A DNA stretch of 64,000 bases from Ruminococcus sp. (lineage in GTDB: Bacteria > Bacillota > Clostridia > Oscillospirales > Ruminococcaceae): the NCBI GenBank assembly GCA_017397925.1, contig JAFQHO010000047.1:4750-68749 (forward strand). The letters run 5' to 3'. The position numbers were made by a program, and so were the translations under genes. The notes beneath the pieces were generated by a model, which did not search any database, was not told where the DNA came from, and saw nothing but the letters and a program-made list of their open reading frames with translations. Every line of letters begins with the position of its first letter. Within the stretch, counting starts at the first letter, position 1. Positions 1-10,001 of the stretch are shown here, one piece after another.

Positions 1-500
1 GGGAGATTTTTTTCTGCACACTCAAAAACAAATGCCTCACGGTAAAGATTATTCATCTTGCCGTAGAGATATGGGGGACGGATTATGTAAGCTTTCGGCA
101 GATTTTCAAGGAGATATTCCTCGGCATCAATTTTATTTGTGCCGTAAGCCTCCCAATGAGTGTTATAGCCTGTTTTCATATCCTCCGTGAATGGTTGTGG
201 GAGAGTTTCAGGATAAACCGCACTTGAACTAATCATAATATATTCGCCGAAATCACCAAGAGCGTTTAATAAATCCTTTACATCTTCCTTATTATATGAA
301 GTAACATCAACAACAAGGTCAAAGGGGATATTTTTCGGCTTATCGCCCAGTTGGCGGCGGTCAGCTTCAATAAGATGCACACCGTTGGATTGAGGACGGC
401 TGTTTCTGTTGAGAACATACACCTCGTGTCCCTTTTGCACAAAATATTCCGCTGTGTATCGGCTTACAAATACTGTTCCGCCTGTTACAAGAATTTTCAT
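1..500 (-). CDS. NAD-dependent epimerase/dehydratase family protein (3' end runs off the window)
   Basis: Not in the ORF track; translated by hand. ATG at 500 after RBS GAGGAG gives MKILVTGGTVFVSRY...ISSSAVY...YGTNK (Rossmann start, SSxAVY, YxxxK). Open to position 1. Confidence 0.8.
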   Translation of the reverse strand, partial: MKILVTGGTVFVSRYTAEYFVQKGHEVYVLNRNSRPQSNGVHLIEADRRQLGDKPKNIPFDLVVDVTSYNKEDVKDLLNALGDFGEYIMISSSAVYPETLPQPFTEDMKTGYNTHWEAYGTNKIDAEEYLLENLPKAYIIRPPYLYGKMNNLYREAFVFECAEKNL

Positions 501-512
501 AGTATCAGCTCC

Positions 513-1394
513 TCAAACTACTATCTCATTTTCAGTTTTTTCTTTGTATGCTGTTTTGTCGGCATTTTCTGCCAATGCTCTAAGTTCAGAAAGTGCTGCC
601 TCAACCTGATATTCGTCAAGTTCAACTGAGTATGCCGTATCAGCTGTTATATTCAGTTTAAACTTATATTGCTCTCCGGCATAAATATTGTCCATATAAT
701 TCTTTAATCTTATGACAGTTCTTGAAACATTTGTTATCTGATTATTATCAATTGCATATACTGCATCTTTGTTGTAAATAACAGTATATTTTCCGCCAAT
801 ATTTATTCCCTTTCCATTGCGGTAATCTTTATTTGAAAGGATTTTTCCTGATACATAGGAAAATTCAATATCACTGCAATCAGGGTTATTTTTATAGAAG
901 TTTCTCAATGGAACGGCAATAATATATTTTATTCCAAATGAATACAAAAGAAATAAACCAATCAGCAAGCCGAAGAGAAAGTAAAAAATATTTGTAAATT
1001 CAAATTCAACTAAGAAAACACAAAAGGAACCAACTATCATAAAAATTCCCATAAGCATAAAGGGAATTGATACCATTCGATGATATCTCTTTGTTAAATC
1101 TGCTTTCATGCCTTTTTTATCAGAGGTTTCAAAAAAATCTTCTGTAACACGGCTTAAATACTTCTCACGCCATTCCGCACTATTGAAATAACTTTCATCT
1201 ATAATGCGATCCTTGAGTAATTGAGCCTTTTTGTCATCCTTTTTTTCTTTTATAGATGCAAATATAAAGAATAAACCAACAATAGCTGTAAGTAAAAAAG
1301 CGTAAATTATAGGAATACCTTTGAGATAGAACATTAATGGTGCAAAGATAATAAGACCGATAAAAACCGCTATCATCGTGGGTTTTGAGTTCAT
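513..1394 (-). CDS. Hypothetical membrane protein (two pairs of TM helices)
   Basis: 293 aa ORF with hydrophobic segments; 11-12 nt gaps to both neighbours, so operonic. Confidence 0.7.
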   Translation of the reverse strand: MNSKPTMIAVFIGLIIFAPLMFYLKGIPIIYAFLLTAIVGLFFIFASIKEKKDDKKAQLLKDRIIDESYFNSAEWREKYLSRVTEDFFETSDKKGMKADLTKRYHRMVSIPFMLMGIFMIVGSFCVFLVEFEFTNIFYFLFGLLIGLFLLYSFGIKYIIAVPLRNFYKNNPDCSDIEFSYVSGKILSNKDYRNGKGINIGGKYTVIYNKDAVYAIDNNQITNVSRTVIRLKNYMDNIYAGEQYKFKLNITADTAYSVELDEYQVEAALSELRALAENADKTAYKEKTENEIVV

Positions 1395-1405
1395 ATTATC
1401 CCCCC

Positions 1406-2293
1406 TTAGAAAAACGAAAGCTGATTATCCCCATAGCCCATTTTATAGGCGGAAATAATGCTTTTCATATTGTAGATTATTCCGTATCTGTCGCAGTCCT
1501 CGGTAAATACTTTCCACAGCTTTTTCATATTCGGACTGACACATTCGTATCTGTTTCCATAATAGCTTATATACCGCTGTCTGAGGTTGCTGTCGGGGAA
1601 CCGCTTGTCCAGTTCATTGAGAAAATGCTCACGTTGATTTGTCCGCAGAGTTACCCCGAAAAATGGGTAAATGCACCGCACTCCGCATTGGTGGGCAGTA
1701 CGGACAATATTTCTGATATTTTCCACGCTGTCCTCAATAAAAGGGAGTACAGGCATAAGAGTTATTCCTGTGAAAAGCCCATTGTCAGCCATTTTCGCCA
1801 ATGCTTCAAATCGCTCCGAAGCAACAGAAACATTCGGCTCAATTATCCTGCACAAATCATTGTTAGCAGTAGTAATTGTCATTTTACACAGCACAGGGGA
1901 ATTGTCCGAAATTTCTTTATATATGTCAATATCCCGTGTTATAAGATCGCTTTTGGTGATTACCGTTAAACCAAAACCGTAAGCAGAAATCAGCTCTAAA
2001 GCGTGACGGGTAAGCAACTCCGTTTTTTCAAAAGGATTATATGGGTCGCTCATTGCTCCCGTACCTATAATTCCTGATTTCACCTTTCTCCGCAATTCGT
2101 CACGCAGTATTTCAAGTGCGTTTTCTTTTGCATGAACTGTGTCAAAATCCTCAACGTGATAACATTCAGAACGGCTGTCGCAGTAAATACAGCCGTGACA
2201 GCAGCCGCGATATAAATTCATATTATAATCGTTGCCGAACCATTCAGATGTTTTATTCTTTTGCAGAATAGTCTTTGCAGGTACTGTTTTCAT
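1406..2293 (-). CDS. Radical SAM protein, spore photoproduct lyase-like (Rv2578c-type) family
   Basis: MNLYRGCCHGCIYCDSRS (CxxxCxxC), GAMSDPY and ITKS motifs; start moved to ATG 2293 (MKTVPAK). Confidence 0.8.
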   Translation of the reverse strand: MKTVPAKTILQKNKTSEWFGNDYNMNLYRGCCHGCIYCDSRSECYHVEDFDTVHAKENALEILRDELRRKVKSGIIGTGAMSDPYNPFEKTELLTRHALELISAYGFGLTVITKSDLITRDIDIYKEISDNSPVLCKMTITTANNDLCRIIEPNVSVASERFEALAKMADNGLFTGITLMPVLPFIEDSVENIRNIVRTAHQCGVRCIYPFFGVTLRTNQREHFLNELDKRFPDSNLRQRYISYYGNRYECVSPNMKKLWKVFTEDCDRYGIIYNMKSIISAYKMGYGDNQLSFF

Positions 2294-2315
2294 ATATTCA
2301 CCGCTTATCCTAAAC

Positions 2316-2545
2316 AAAAATCCCCGTACAGCAAAAACTGTACGAGGACGAAATTACTCGTGGTACCACCTCGATTTATCGGGAAAACTCCCGACCTCAA
2401 AAGGGCTATAACGTGCCTAACCGTCCCTGCCTACTTAGTTTCAACAGGGCAACTCCCGAATGTAATTCTCTGTGACAGCTGACTTTCTCCCACCGTCCGA
2501 AAGCTCTCTGAACAGCCGTTTTCACAGGTTTTATTCGTTCACCGT
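2316..2545 (-). promoter_or_regulatory. T-box riboswitch leader, probable Tyr (UAC) specifier
   Basis: Minus strand: stem I with AGAGA bulge and GGUGGGA loop; GAA-U-UAC-A at 2468-2461; T-box GGTGGTACCACG (2370-2359); terminator CCTCGTACAG/CTGTACGGGG plus U-tract. Upstream promoter TTGACA-17-TATCAT near 2553-2581. Confidence 0.85.
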
Positions 2546-2621
2546 TTTTTATATGATACCATATAATAGAGAAAATGTCAAGGCCTTTTTAAATTAAATC
2601 ATAAAAATATATACTTCCCTA

Positions 2622-2650
2622 TTGACAATTAATTACAAATGTTGTATAAT
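2622..2650 (+). promoter_or_regulatory. Sigma-A promoter of tRNA-Thr
   Basis: Perfect TTGACA-17 nt-TATAAT, 13 nt upstream of the tRNA. Confidence 0.8.
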
Positions 2651-2663
2651 ATTTATTGTTGAT

Positions 2664-2739
2664 GCTGATGTGGCACAGTCGGTAGCGCAACGCCTTGGTA
2701 AGGCGTAGGTCGTCGGTTCAAGTCCGATCATCAGCTCCA
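2664..2739 (+). tRNA. tRNA-Thr (GGT)
   Basis: GCTGATG...CATCAGC-T-CCA acceptor stem; anticodon arm ACGCC-TTGGTAA-GGCGT; T-loop GGTTCAAGTCC; 76 nt; terminator hairpin follows. Confidence 0.95.
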
Positions 2740-2856
2740 TACTTTTGGAAGTAAAACAGGCACATTCTCGGTCTCGAGAGTGTGCTTGTTTTTTGTTGTA
2801 TAATTCAATACGTTGGGAACAATATTTGAATACTATCTGCATAAAAATAAAGATTA

Positions 2857-3912
2857 TCACACTAATCCATTAATATAATCTTCCACGAACACGTCCACAT
2901 CAGGATAGGATTTTACATATAAATCACAACCATTATAAATTTTTTTATATTCGTTTAAAAATGAATCAACTATTTTTTCATTTTCTTTTATGCAATCAGG
3001 TTGAAAATTTCCCATTAGATCAAAATAGTCGATTTTAAATACAGATGAAATATCTGAAATCATATGCTGTAAAGAACACATATTTACAAACGAAGAAAAG
3101 CAATCATTTCTTTTAGATGCCTCTTCGACCTTATTCCTCCAGTTCGAATTCATTTCCTCATATGTCCCAGCTATATTTTCTTTTGTTGGATTTATTTTTT
3201 CAACTTCTCTTGATACATATTTCTCAACATACAATATAATGTCTTTTGCAAGTGATCGAATTTCATAGATATCCTTACTTTCGGAGATTTTTTTCATATT
3301 ATCTGTAAAAACATTATCAAGTGAAAATTGAGAAAGTTCATCAAAAATACGCTTTACTCCACGTTTAAAATACGTACCGTGATAAATCATAATAGCATCT
3401 GCAAGAGATAGCATTACATCGCAAACGCACACTCGTATGTGTCCCATATCATCATACAGGCAAACCTCGGCATATGAGATTTTTGCTTTTTCTATTAATT
3501 CATCAACCCTTTTGTATCGTTCATCAGAACATAAAAAAAGCTTTGTTTTCTCTCTTAAGCAGCAAAGTTCCTCATAAGTCTCATAGTTTTTTATATAAAT
3601 AATTTTAGAATCCATCAGCTTTGAAAGATGTGCGCTATGACATTCAGAATCAAATCTTAATCCGTTAATCGTTGTACAGTATAAATCATATCCTATTTTG
3701 CTATCATCAAGAATAAAACCTGTTGCAAGCTTGTAACCTTTTTCATCATTAATAAGTATCAGCAAATCTAAATCAGATTTTTCATATTCGTCACCTGTTG
3801 CAACAGAACCATAAATTCCTATAAGTGCCAAGGAATTCGGACATACCGTTTCTGCTTTTGAAATAATACTGTCAATTATTTTTCTGTTAACATAATTCAT
3901 ACAACGCACCAT
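2857..3912 (-). CDS. Nucleotidyltransferase-domain protein (DNA pol beta superfamily)
   Basis: N-terminal IYGSVATG...SDLDLLI (GS + DxD); rest unassigned. Start may be 3900. Confidence 0.65.
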   Translation of the reverse strand: MVRCMNYVNRKIIDSIISKAETVCPNSLALIGIYGSVATGDEYEKSDLDLLILINDEKGYKLATGFILDDSKIGYDLYCTTINGLRFDSECHSAHLSKLMDSKIIYIKNYETYEELCCLREKTKLFLCSDERYKRVDELIEKAKISYAEVCLYDDMGHIRVCVCDVMLSLADAIMIYHGTYFKRGVKRIFDELSQFSLDNVFTDNMKKISESKDIYEIRSLAKDIILYVEKYVSREVEKINPTKENIAGTYEEMNSNWRNKVEEASKRNDCFSSFVNMCSLQHMISDISSVFKIDYFDLMGNFQPDCIKENEKIVDSFLNEYKKIYNGCDLYVKSYPDVDVFVEDYINGLV

Positions 3913-3969
3913 CCTTCTTATAAAGTAAAACGGCTAATGATAAATCCTATCAAAAGCCGCTTATTTTTA

Positions 3970-4800
3970 TTACATGTTAGCAATCTGATTAACAGCAGGG
4001 TCAATCCAATCGCCCTCGTAAAGTTCAATTGTTCCCTGATCACAGTGCTTTGCAAGCTCAGGAGCAATTGGAATCTGTGCAATTACAGGTATACCGTATT
4101 CCTTGGCAATATCCTCAATATGACTGTCACCATAAATTTTATGCTTTTTGCCGCAATCGGGACACTCAAAATAGCTCATATTCTCAACAATACCGATAAT
4201 TGGAATATTCATAAGTTTAGCCATTTTTACAGCCTTTTCAACTATCATTGATACAAGCTCCTGAGGAGATGTCACAATTACGATACCGTCAACGGGAATA
4301 GACTGAAAAACAGTGAGCGGAACATCACCTGTTCCTGGAGGCATATCAACAAAAAGATAATCAACGTCCTTCCAGATAACATCAGTCCAGAACTGCTTTA
4401 CAACACCTGCAATAACAGGTCCTCTCCATACAACAGGATCTGATTCATTTTCAAGAAGAAGATTAATTGACATAACATCAATACCCATTTTACTCTTGCT
4501 TGGGATAATTCCGAACTCGCAAGCATCAGCTTTACCGTGAATACCGAATGCCTTGGGAATTGAAGGGCCTGTTATATCAGCATCAAGAAGTCCTACATTC
4601 TTTCCCATTCTCTGCATACCTACAGCAAGCATAGATGAAACCATAGTTTTACCTACACCGCCCTTACCACTGACAATACCAATTACCTTGCCAATCTTGC
4701 TCATCTCATTAGGCTTTTCGATAAGACTCTGTGGCTCTTTTCTGCTTGCACAATCGCTTCCGCAAGTAGAGCAGTTGTGTGTACATTCACTCATTTTCAT
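3970..4800 (-). CDS. mrp: Mrp/NBP35 family Fe-S cluster carrier ATPase
   Basis: N-terminal Cys cluster; SGKGGVGKT Walker A; DADITGPS; WRGP; DMPPGTGD; ENMSYFECPDC. Confidence 0.9.
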   Translation of the reverse strand: MKMSECTHNCSTCGSDCASRKEPQSLIEKPNEMSKIGKVIGIVSGKGGVGKTMVSSMLAVGMQRMGKNVGLLDADITGPSIPKAFGIHGKADACEFGIIPSKSKMGIDVMSINLLLENESDPVVWRGPVIAGVVKQFWTDVIWKDVDYLFVDMPPGTGDVPLTVFQSIPVDGIVIVTSPQELVSMIVEKAVKMAKLMNIPIIGIVENMSYFECPDCGKKHKIYGDSHIEDIAKEYGIPVIAQIPIAPELAKHCDQGTIELYEGDWIDPAVNQIANM

Positions 4801-4921
4801 AACTCCTTTAAATAATAATCATTACCTATATATTATACCCCATTTAGTAGAAATAGTCAATAGTTTATCAAGATAAATCCGCGCAACACTGTTGTAAAAC
4901 AGACATCGCACGGATTTTGTC

Positions 4922-5848
4922 TTATTTAAGATTAATATACTGTGTTATATCATCTCTCATGCGAATAGCCTCACGACGAGCTGCCTTGGCAAAATCGCGT
5001 TCATCGCAGCCCTCTTTCTGATATGCACACATAACTGCACGGCTGGAATTAACAATTGCACCAAGTCCATTTTCATCAAAGCCGCCTTTTAAGCCTTCTG
5101 CACCGCCACCTTGTGCACCATAGCCAGGTACAAGGAACATTGTATGCGGAAGTCTTTTTCTCAGCTCTGTAAGCATTTCGGGATATGTAGCGCCTACTAC
5201 AGCACCTACAGCTGAATAACCGTATTTACCAATTGTATCAGCTCCCCACATTTCACAAAGATCGCCCATTTTCGCATAAATAGGTGTACCGTCCTCAAGC
5301 TTTAAATCCTGCAATTCACCGCTTGAAGGATTTGAAGTCTTTACAAGTACGTAAATGCCTTTATCCTTTTCTTTGCAGACTTTAAGAAGTGGAGAAATTC
5401 CATCTGTACCAAGATACCCGTTTACTGTAAGAGCATCAGCACCGAAAGCTTCTGAAACGCTATCGCCTACAGCTGTAGTTCCAAGATGTGCGTTAGTATA
5501 AGCCTCCATTGTTGCACCAATATCATTACGTTTGCCATCTGTAATAACAAACATACCCTTGAGCTTTGCATAACGAATTGTCTTTTCCAACGCTCTTATA
5601 CCATAGTGACCATACATTTCATAATATGCCGCCTGTGGCTTGATAGCCGGAACAACATCACATATTTCATCTATAATAGCTTGATTAAAGTCGTAAATCG
5701 CCTTTGCAGCAGCTTTAAGAGTAAGTCCATCCTCAACGAGGTAACGTCTGCGAATAAATTCCGGTACATATTCAAGCTTGGGATCAAGACCTACAACCGT
5801 AGGATTTTTCAGTTCAATAATTTTCTCGATAAGTCTGTCAAATGACAT
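4922..5848 (-). CDS. pyrF: Orotidine-5'-phosphate decarboxylase (subfamily 2)
   Basis: VGLDP, IKPQAAYYE, DGKRNDIGAT, VKTSNP, LVPGYGAQGG, VNSSR. Confidence 0.93.
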   Translation of the reverse strand: MSFDRLIEKIIELKNPTVVGLDPKLEYVPEFIRRRYLVEDGLTLKAAAKAIYDFNQAIIDEICDVVPAIKPQAAYYEMYGHYGIRALEKTIRYAKLKGMFVITDGKRNDIGATMEAYTNAHLGTTAVGDSVSEAFGADALTVNGYLGTDGISPLLKVCKEKDKGIYVLVKTSNPSSGELQDLKLEDGTPIYAKMGDLCEMWGADTIGKYGYSAVGAVVGATYPEMLTELRKRLPHTMFLVPGYGAQGGGAEGLKGGFDENGLGAIVNSSRAVMCAYQKEGCDERDFAKAARREAIRMRDDITQYINLK

Positions 5849-5893
5849 TTTTTATTCCTCCTGTGAAATATTTATTTTATGGCAAAAGCCTTT

Positions 5894-7162
5894 TTATCTT
5901 GCATCATATCTTATAATTCCCTTTGAAATCGTAACAAGTGGCTTTCCTGTAAGGGTTTGTCCCTTGAATACTGAATTCTTCGATATAGAATGCAGCTTTT
6001 CCGGGTCAACAGTCCATTTCTTATTTATATCAACAATTACAAGGTCAGCTATACTGCCCTTTTTAATTTCAGCTGCTTCAACTCCAAGGATTTTTCTCGG
6101 GTTGACACACATGAGTTCCACAATCTTATTAAGTGTAATTTCTCCTGTGTGATATAATGATGTAAGAGTTGCAGCCAAAGAAGTTTCAAGTCCAAGAACT
6201 CCATTAGGAGCTTTTTCGAAATCAGCCTTCTCTTCAGGAGTATGCGGAGCGTGATCAGTTATAATACAATCAATTGTGCCATCCTTTATACCCGCTATTA
6301 TAGCCTTTAAATCTTCATCCGTGCGAAGCGGCGGATTCATTCTGTAATCAGCGTCACGTTTTTCAAGAAGTTTATCCGTAAACATAAAATAGTGGGGAGC
6401 TGTTTCGCAGGTTACTTTTACGCCCTGTGATTTAGCAAACCGGATCATTTCCGTACTTCCCTTGGTTGAAACGTGACATATGTGAATTCTTGCATCAACA
6501 GAATGAGCAAGAATCATTTCACGAGCTGTTATATAATCTTCGGAAGCCCGATCCATACCCTTAACTCCAAGCTTTTCGGATATTTCTCCTTTATTCATGA
6601 TACCGCCATCAATAATGCTTAAATCCTCACAATGGGAAGCTACAAGAAGTCCGTTTTCCTTCGAAAGTTCCAAAGCCTTCCGCATCATTTCAGCATTCTC
6701 AACGGGTCTGCCGTCATCAGAAATGCAAATACAGCCTGCATTTTTCAATGCTTCGTAATCGCAAAGACCATTTCCGCTCATTCCCCCTGTAATACAACCT
6801 ACAGGGTAAACATCAACTCCCGTGGACGCTGATTTTTCAATGACATAGCGGATAGTTTCGGGATTATCGCAAATAGGCTTTGTATTTGGCATTGCAAGAA
6901 TACCTGTAACACCTCCTGCAAGTGCAGCTGCACAGCCTGTTTCTATTGTTTCCTTATGAGTAAAGCCAGGATCGCGAAGATGAACATGCATATCAAACAA
7001 TGATGGCATAACAACAAGACCGGCTCCATCAATTACCTCATCAGCCTGAGCAGTAAGATTTTCGGCAATATCAGCAATTTTTCCATCTGCAACTAAAATA
7101 TCTGTAACAAAATCATTTTCCACATCAATAGCACGGATATTCTTTATAAGAATTCTTGACAT
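5894..7162 (-). CDS. pyrC: Dihydroorotase
   Basis: DMHVHLRDPG, MPNT, ASHCED, HICHVST, RMNPPLR, TDHAPH. Confidence 0.93.
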   Translation of the reverse strand: MSRILIKNIRAIDVENDFVTDILVADGKIADIAENLTAQADEVIDGAGLVVMPSLFDMHVHLRDPGFTHKETIETGCAAALAGGVTGILAMPNTKPICDNPETIRYVIEKSASTGVDVYPVGCITGGMSGNGLCDYEALKNAGCICISDDGRPVENAEMMRKALELSKENGLLVASHCEDLSIIDGGIMNKGEISEKLGVKGMDRASEDYITAREMILAHSVDARIHICHVSTKGSTEMIRFAKSQGVKVTCETAPHYFMFTDKLLEKRDADYRMNPPLRTDEDLKAIIAGIKDGTIDCIITDHAPHTPEEKADFEKAPNGVLGLETSLAATLTSLYHTGEITLNKIVELMCVNPRKILGVEAAEIKKGSIADLVIVDINKKWTVDPEKLHSISKNSVFKGQTLTGKPLVTISKGIIRYDAR

Positions 7163-7194
7163 AATTTCTCCTTTTCAGTTAAACGGCAAAATTA

Positions 7195-7308
7195 CGGAAT
7201 AAAAGCCTGTCCGAGGTTCAGACAGGCTTTATTAACACTACTCGTAAACCTCAAAAGCCGATTAACAGGTGTTTTATTTATTATAACATATTTCAGCACA
7301 AATGTAAA
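7195..7308 (-). promoter_or_regulatory. pyrC-pyrF promoter plus attenuator-like leader
   Basis: TTTACA-17-TATAAT (7308-7280). The leader holds a terminator AAAGCCTGTC/GACAGGCTTTT (7201-7231) before the RBS. An upstream GGCTTT could pair with its 5' arm and is enclosed by AACAC/GTGTT. Confidence 0.55.
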
Positions 7309-7314
7309 GTCTTT

Positions 7315-7542
7315 TCAACGTTTCTTTTTCTTTGATTTTTTATTTTTCTTTTTACCAAATTTTAGTTTTAAAAGTGTAACACCAACTACCGCAGCAGCAC
7401 TTAATGCTATTTCAGCTATTTCCTGCTTATCGGATTTCTCAGTTGTCTTTGCATTGTGAAGCTCTTTTACATTGGTATTTCCTACCAATTTATCTGTTCC
7501 AAATCCAAACGAAAACTTTTCCGTTTCCTTACTGAACTCCAT
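7315..7542 (-). CDS. Small hypothetical protein with a C-terminal TM helix and Lys-rich tail
   Basis: ATG 7542 with RBS GGAGG, directly after the trmB stop. Confidence 0.6.
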   Translation of the reverse strand: MEFSKETEKFSFGFGTDKLVGNTNVKELHNAKTTEKSDKQEIAEIALSAAAVVGVTLLKLKFGKKKNKKSKKKKR

Positions 7543-7543
7543 A

Positions 7544-8206
7544 TTAGACCTCCTTTTTCGGCTCTGCAATAAGGAACTTTATTTTCTTTCCCTCATCGCT
7601 GAACATTTTTTCATGTTCTGTTACATAATTTTCTATACCGCTTTCCTTATGCAAATCGAAGGTTTTGAATTTAATTATATAACCTGCTTCTTTAAAATAT
7701 TCGAAGGATTCCTCAAAAAGCTCATCATCATCTGTCTTGAACCAAATTTCCCCTTTAAGAAACTTTTTATAATTAAGAAGCTGTCTTGTATGTGTAAGAC
7801 GACGTTTCTTATGCTTTCCTTTAGGCCAGGGATTACAGAAATTTATGTAAATTCTGTCAGCTCTGTCGTTTTCATCCCAGGCAAGATCAAGCCGCTCTAT
7901 ATTCTGAATTGCAACACGTACATTATCTGGTGTTTGCCCGATAGCATTGTATGCCGCTTCAATCTTTCTCTTTGCAAGAACAAGCATTTCATTTTTTATA
8001 TCCATCGCGATAAAATTAACTTCGGGATGTGCAGGGGCAATTTGTGAAATAAATCCACCTTTTCCGCAGCCAAGTTCAACATAAAGAGGTCGTTCAGGCT
8101 CAGAAAAGAGTTCTGTCCATTTACCTTTTTGCTCTGCTGGGGATTTCACATAAAAAATACACGCTTCAAGTTCAGGCTTAGCCCAAGGTTTATGTCTTAT
8201 TCTCAT
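7544..8206 (-). CDS. trmB: tRNA (guanine-N7)-methyltransferase
   Basis: [40 protein letters not shown]. Confidence 0.93.
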   Translation of the reverse strand: MRIRHKPWAKPELEACIFYVKSPAEQKGKWTELFSEPERPLYVELGCGKGGFISQIAPAHPEVNFIAMDIKNEMLVLAKRKIEAAYNAIGQTPDNVRVAIQNIERLDLAWDENDRADRIYINFCNPWPKGKHKKRRLTHTRQLLNYKKFLKGEIWFKTDDDELFEESFEYFKEAGYIIKFKTFDLHKESGIENYVTEHEKMFSDEGKKIKFLIAEPKKEV

Positions 8207-8431
8207 AAATACTCCTTATAATCTATGCTGTTATCTTATTTACACCAAACAGCTCTTTTATACTCAATATTTATTATTATACCACATCTAAATAAATTTT
8301 CCAACCCCTTTTTTGAAAAAATCTGTAAATTTCTTTTTAAAGCTTGACATATATGCTTAAAAAGGGTATAATAAATATGTATGTATAAATCATTCCGACG
8401 AAATTTTCAGCGTATATTAAGGAGAATAAAT

Positions 8432-9316
8432 ATGAAAAAGAAAATTTTGGGATTACTTACAGGAACAGCTTTTATGCTAAGTCTTTCAGTTGCTCCTTTT
8501 TGTGTAAATGCAGCTACACCTGAAGAAGCTGCTGCACTCGCACGTTCAATGGGGCTTCCAGAAAGTCTTATACAGGCAGGCTGGAACAAATATTACGAGG
8601 ATCCGTCAATGTACCCTCCTGAGCTTATTGATAGCTATATGGCAACACTAAGGGGTATGAATCAGGAAATGATTAATCAGTTGCTTATAGATAACGGTAT
8701 GAGTCCCGCAACTCCACCAGCACCTGTTATCACGACAGCAACCCAATCGTCAACAGAAAGCACTATAACTACAACCATTCCGGTTGCAGGTGCGGATAAC
8801 TCTGAAGAAAGCAACAATAACAGCTCATCAGGAAATACCGCAGACACATCTAAAAATGATAAAATAACAATCACACTCCCTAATGGCTCTACATTCGATC
8901 GAATAAGCTCAAAAGAATTCGCAGCTATGAGTCTTGACGAAAAACGAGCATATATCGCCTCTTTAACTCCTGAACAAAAAACAGCATTTCTCAGCAATAT
9001 GTCCCCTGAAGATTATAAAAGCCTGTTAAAACAGCTTCCTATTGATAACAAAGCTGAAATAATTGATGGTATGGCAGATATTACAAATCAACTTGGCCTT
9101 ACACTGAATGTCGAAGAACTCAACGATAGTAACATCATTCTTTCAATGAAGGATAAAGACGGAAAGCTCGTGGCTTTAAGTGCTGCAAGCGACACTGTAG
9201 CCGCTACAGGTTACGACCGCCGTGGTATTCTTGCACTTGCAGCTGCAATTACTTCATTAGGCTTATTGGGAACTGCTTTTATAGTTAAAAAATCATTTGG
9301 CAATAAAGAGGTCTGA
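8432..9316 (+). CDS. Secreted, probably sortase-anchored surface protein
   Basis: Signal peptide MKKKILGLL...VNA; Thr/Ser/Pro-rich linker; C-terminal VAATG, hydrophobic helix and KK tail. Confidence 0.7.
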   Translation: MKKKILGLLTGTAFMLSLSVAPFCVNAATPEEAAALARSMGLPESLIQAGWNKYYEDPSMYPPELIDSYMATLRGMNQEMINQLLIDNGMSPATPPAPVITTATQSSTESTITTTIPVAGADNSEESNNNSSSGNTADTSKNDKITITLPNGSTFDRISSKEFAAMSLDEKRAYIASLTPEQKTAFLSNMSPEDYKSLLKQLPIDNKAEIIDGMADITNQLGLTLNVEELNDSNIILSMKDKDGKLVALSAASDTVAATGYDRRGILALAAAITSLGLLGTAFIVKKSFGNKEV

Positions 9317-9317
9317 A

Positions 9318-10001
9318 ATGGAAGAAAAGAAAAAAGCAAAAAGCAATATAGCCCTGCATATTATAACTCCTATAATGCTAAGTGTAACTTGTGCAGGAAT
9401 CACTATAGCTGCTGCAATTAAACCAGCTGATAAAATAAAAACATATACAAACATTGCTTTTATGGATAGTCTTAAATCTGACCCTCTAAATGAAGATTCA
9501 GGACTCGTTATAAAAGATAACGACATTAATATGGATTACAGCGGCGAAACATCAGAAACAGGTGAACCCGATCGTCCCGACTTCGGAGAATTATATGCTA
9601 TTGTAAGCACAAAATCACTTGGAATAAATGTTCCGATATATTGGGGTACTACTACAGAACTTCTTGAACGTGGTGCTTGTCAGTCATCAAGCTCAGTTGT
9701 GTTTGGTGCAGATGGCAATTCTGTTATTTCAGCTCACGTTGACACATATTTCGCTGATTTAAATAACATCCAAAAAGGTGATATTGTAGATATTTATACA
9801 AATTACGGAAAATTCACCTATACAGTAACAGAACTTATAGAATTCAGTAGTAAAGATAAAAAATATATTGTTCCGAGCGAAGATAGTAAACTTACAATTT
9901 ATACCTGCAAACGCGATTTACTTGGCGCCTCCGATAGACGTATCGGTGCTGTATGCGAATTAACTAAAAAGCAATTCTATTCTACAAAGGAGGGTGAGTA
10001 A
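9318..10001 (+). CDS. Sortase (class D-like)
   Basis: N-terminal TM; ISAHVDTYF (His), LTIYTC (Cys), downstream Arg. Confidence 0.85.
   Translation: MEEKKKAKSNIALHIITPIMLSVTCAGITIAAAIKPADKIKTYTNIAFMDSLKSDPLNEDSGLVIKDNDINMDYSGETSETGEPDRPDFGELYAIVSTKSLGINVPIYWGTTTELLERGACQSSSSVVFGADGNSVISAHVDTYFADLNNIQKGDIVDIYTNYGKFTYTVTELIEFSSKDKKYIVPSEDSKLTIYTCKRDLLGASDRRIGAVCELTKKQFYSTKEGE

Noticed and set aside
1385-1982. Plus-strand ORFs of 194 and 103 aa, and similar long shadow ORFs (31171-31782, 41947-42585, 59624-60229, 62984-63553)
   Set aside because: They lie antisense to well-supported genes and have no motifs or RBS.
2633-2860. 75-aa minus-strand ORF
   Set aside because: It is the antisense translation of tRNA-Thr and its terminator.
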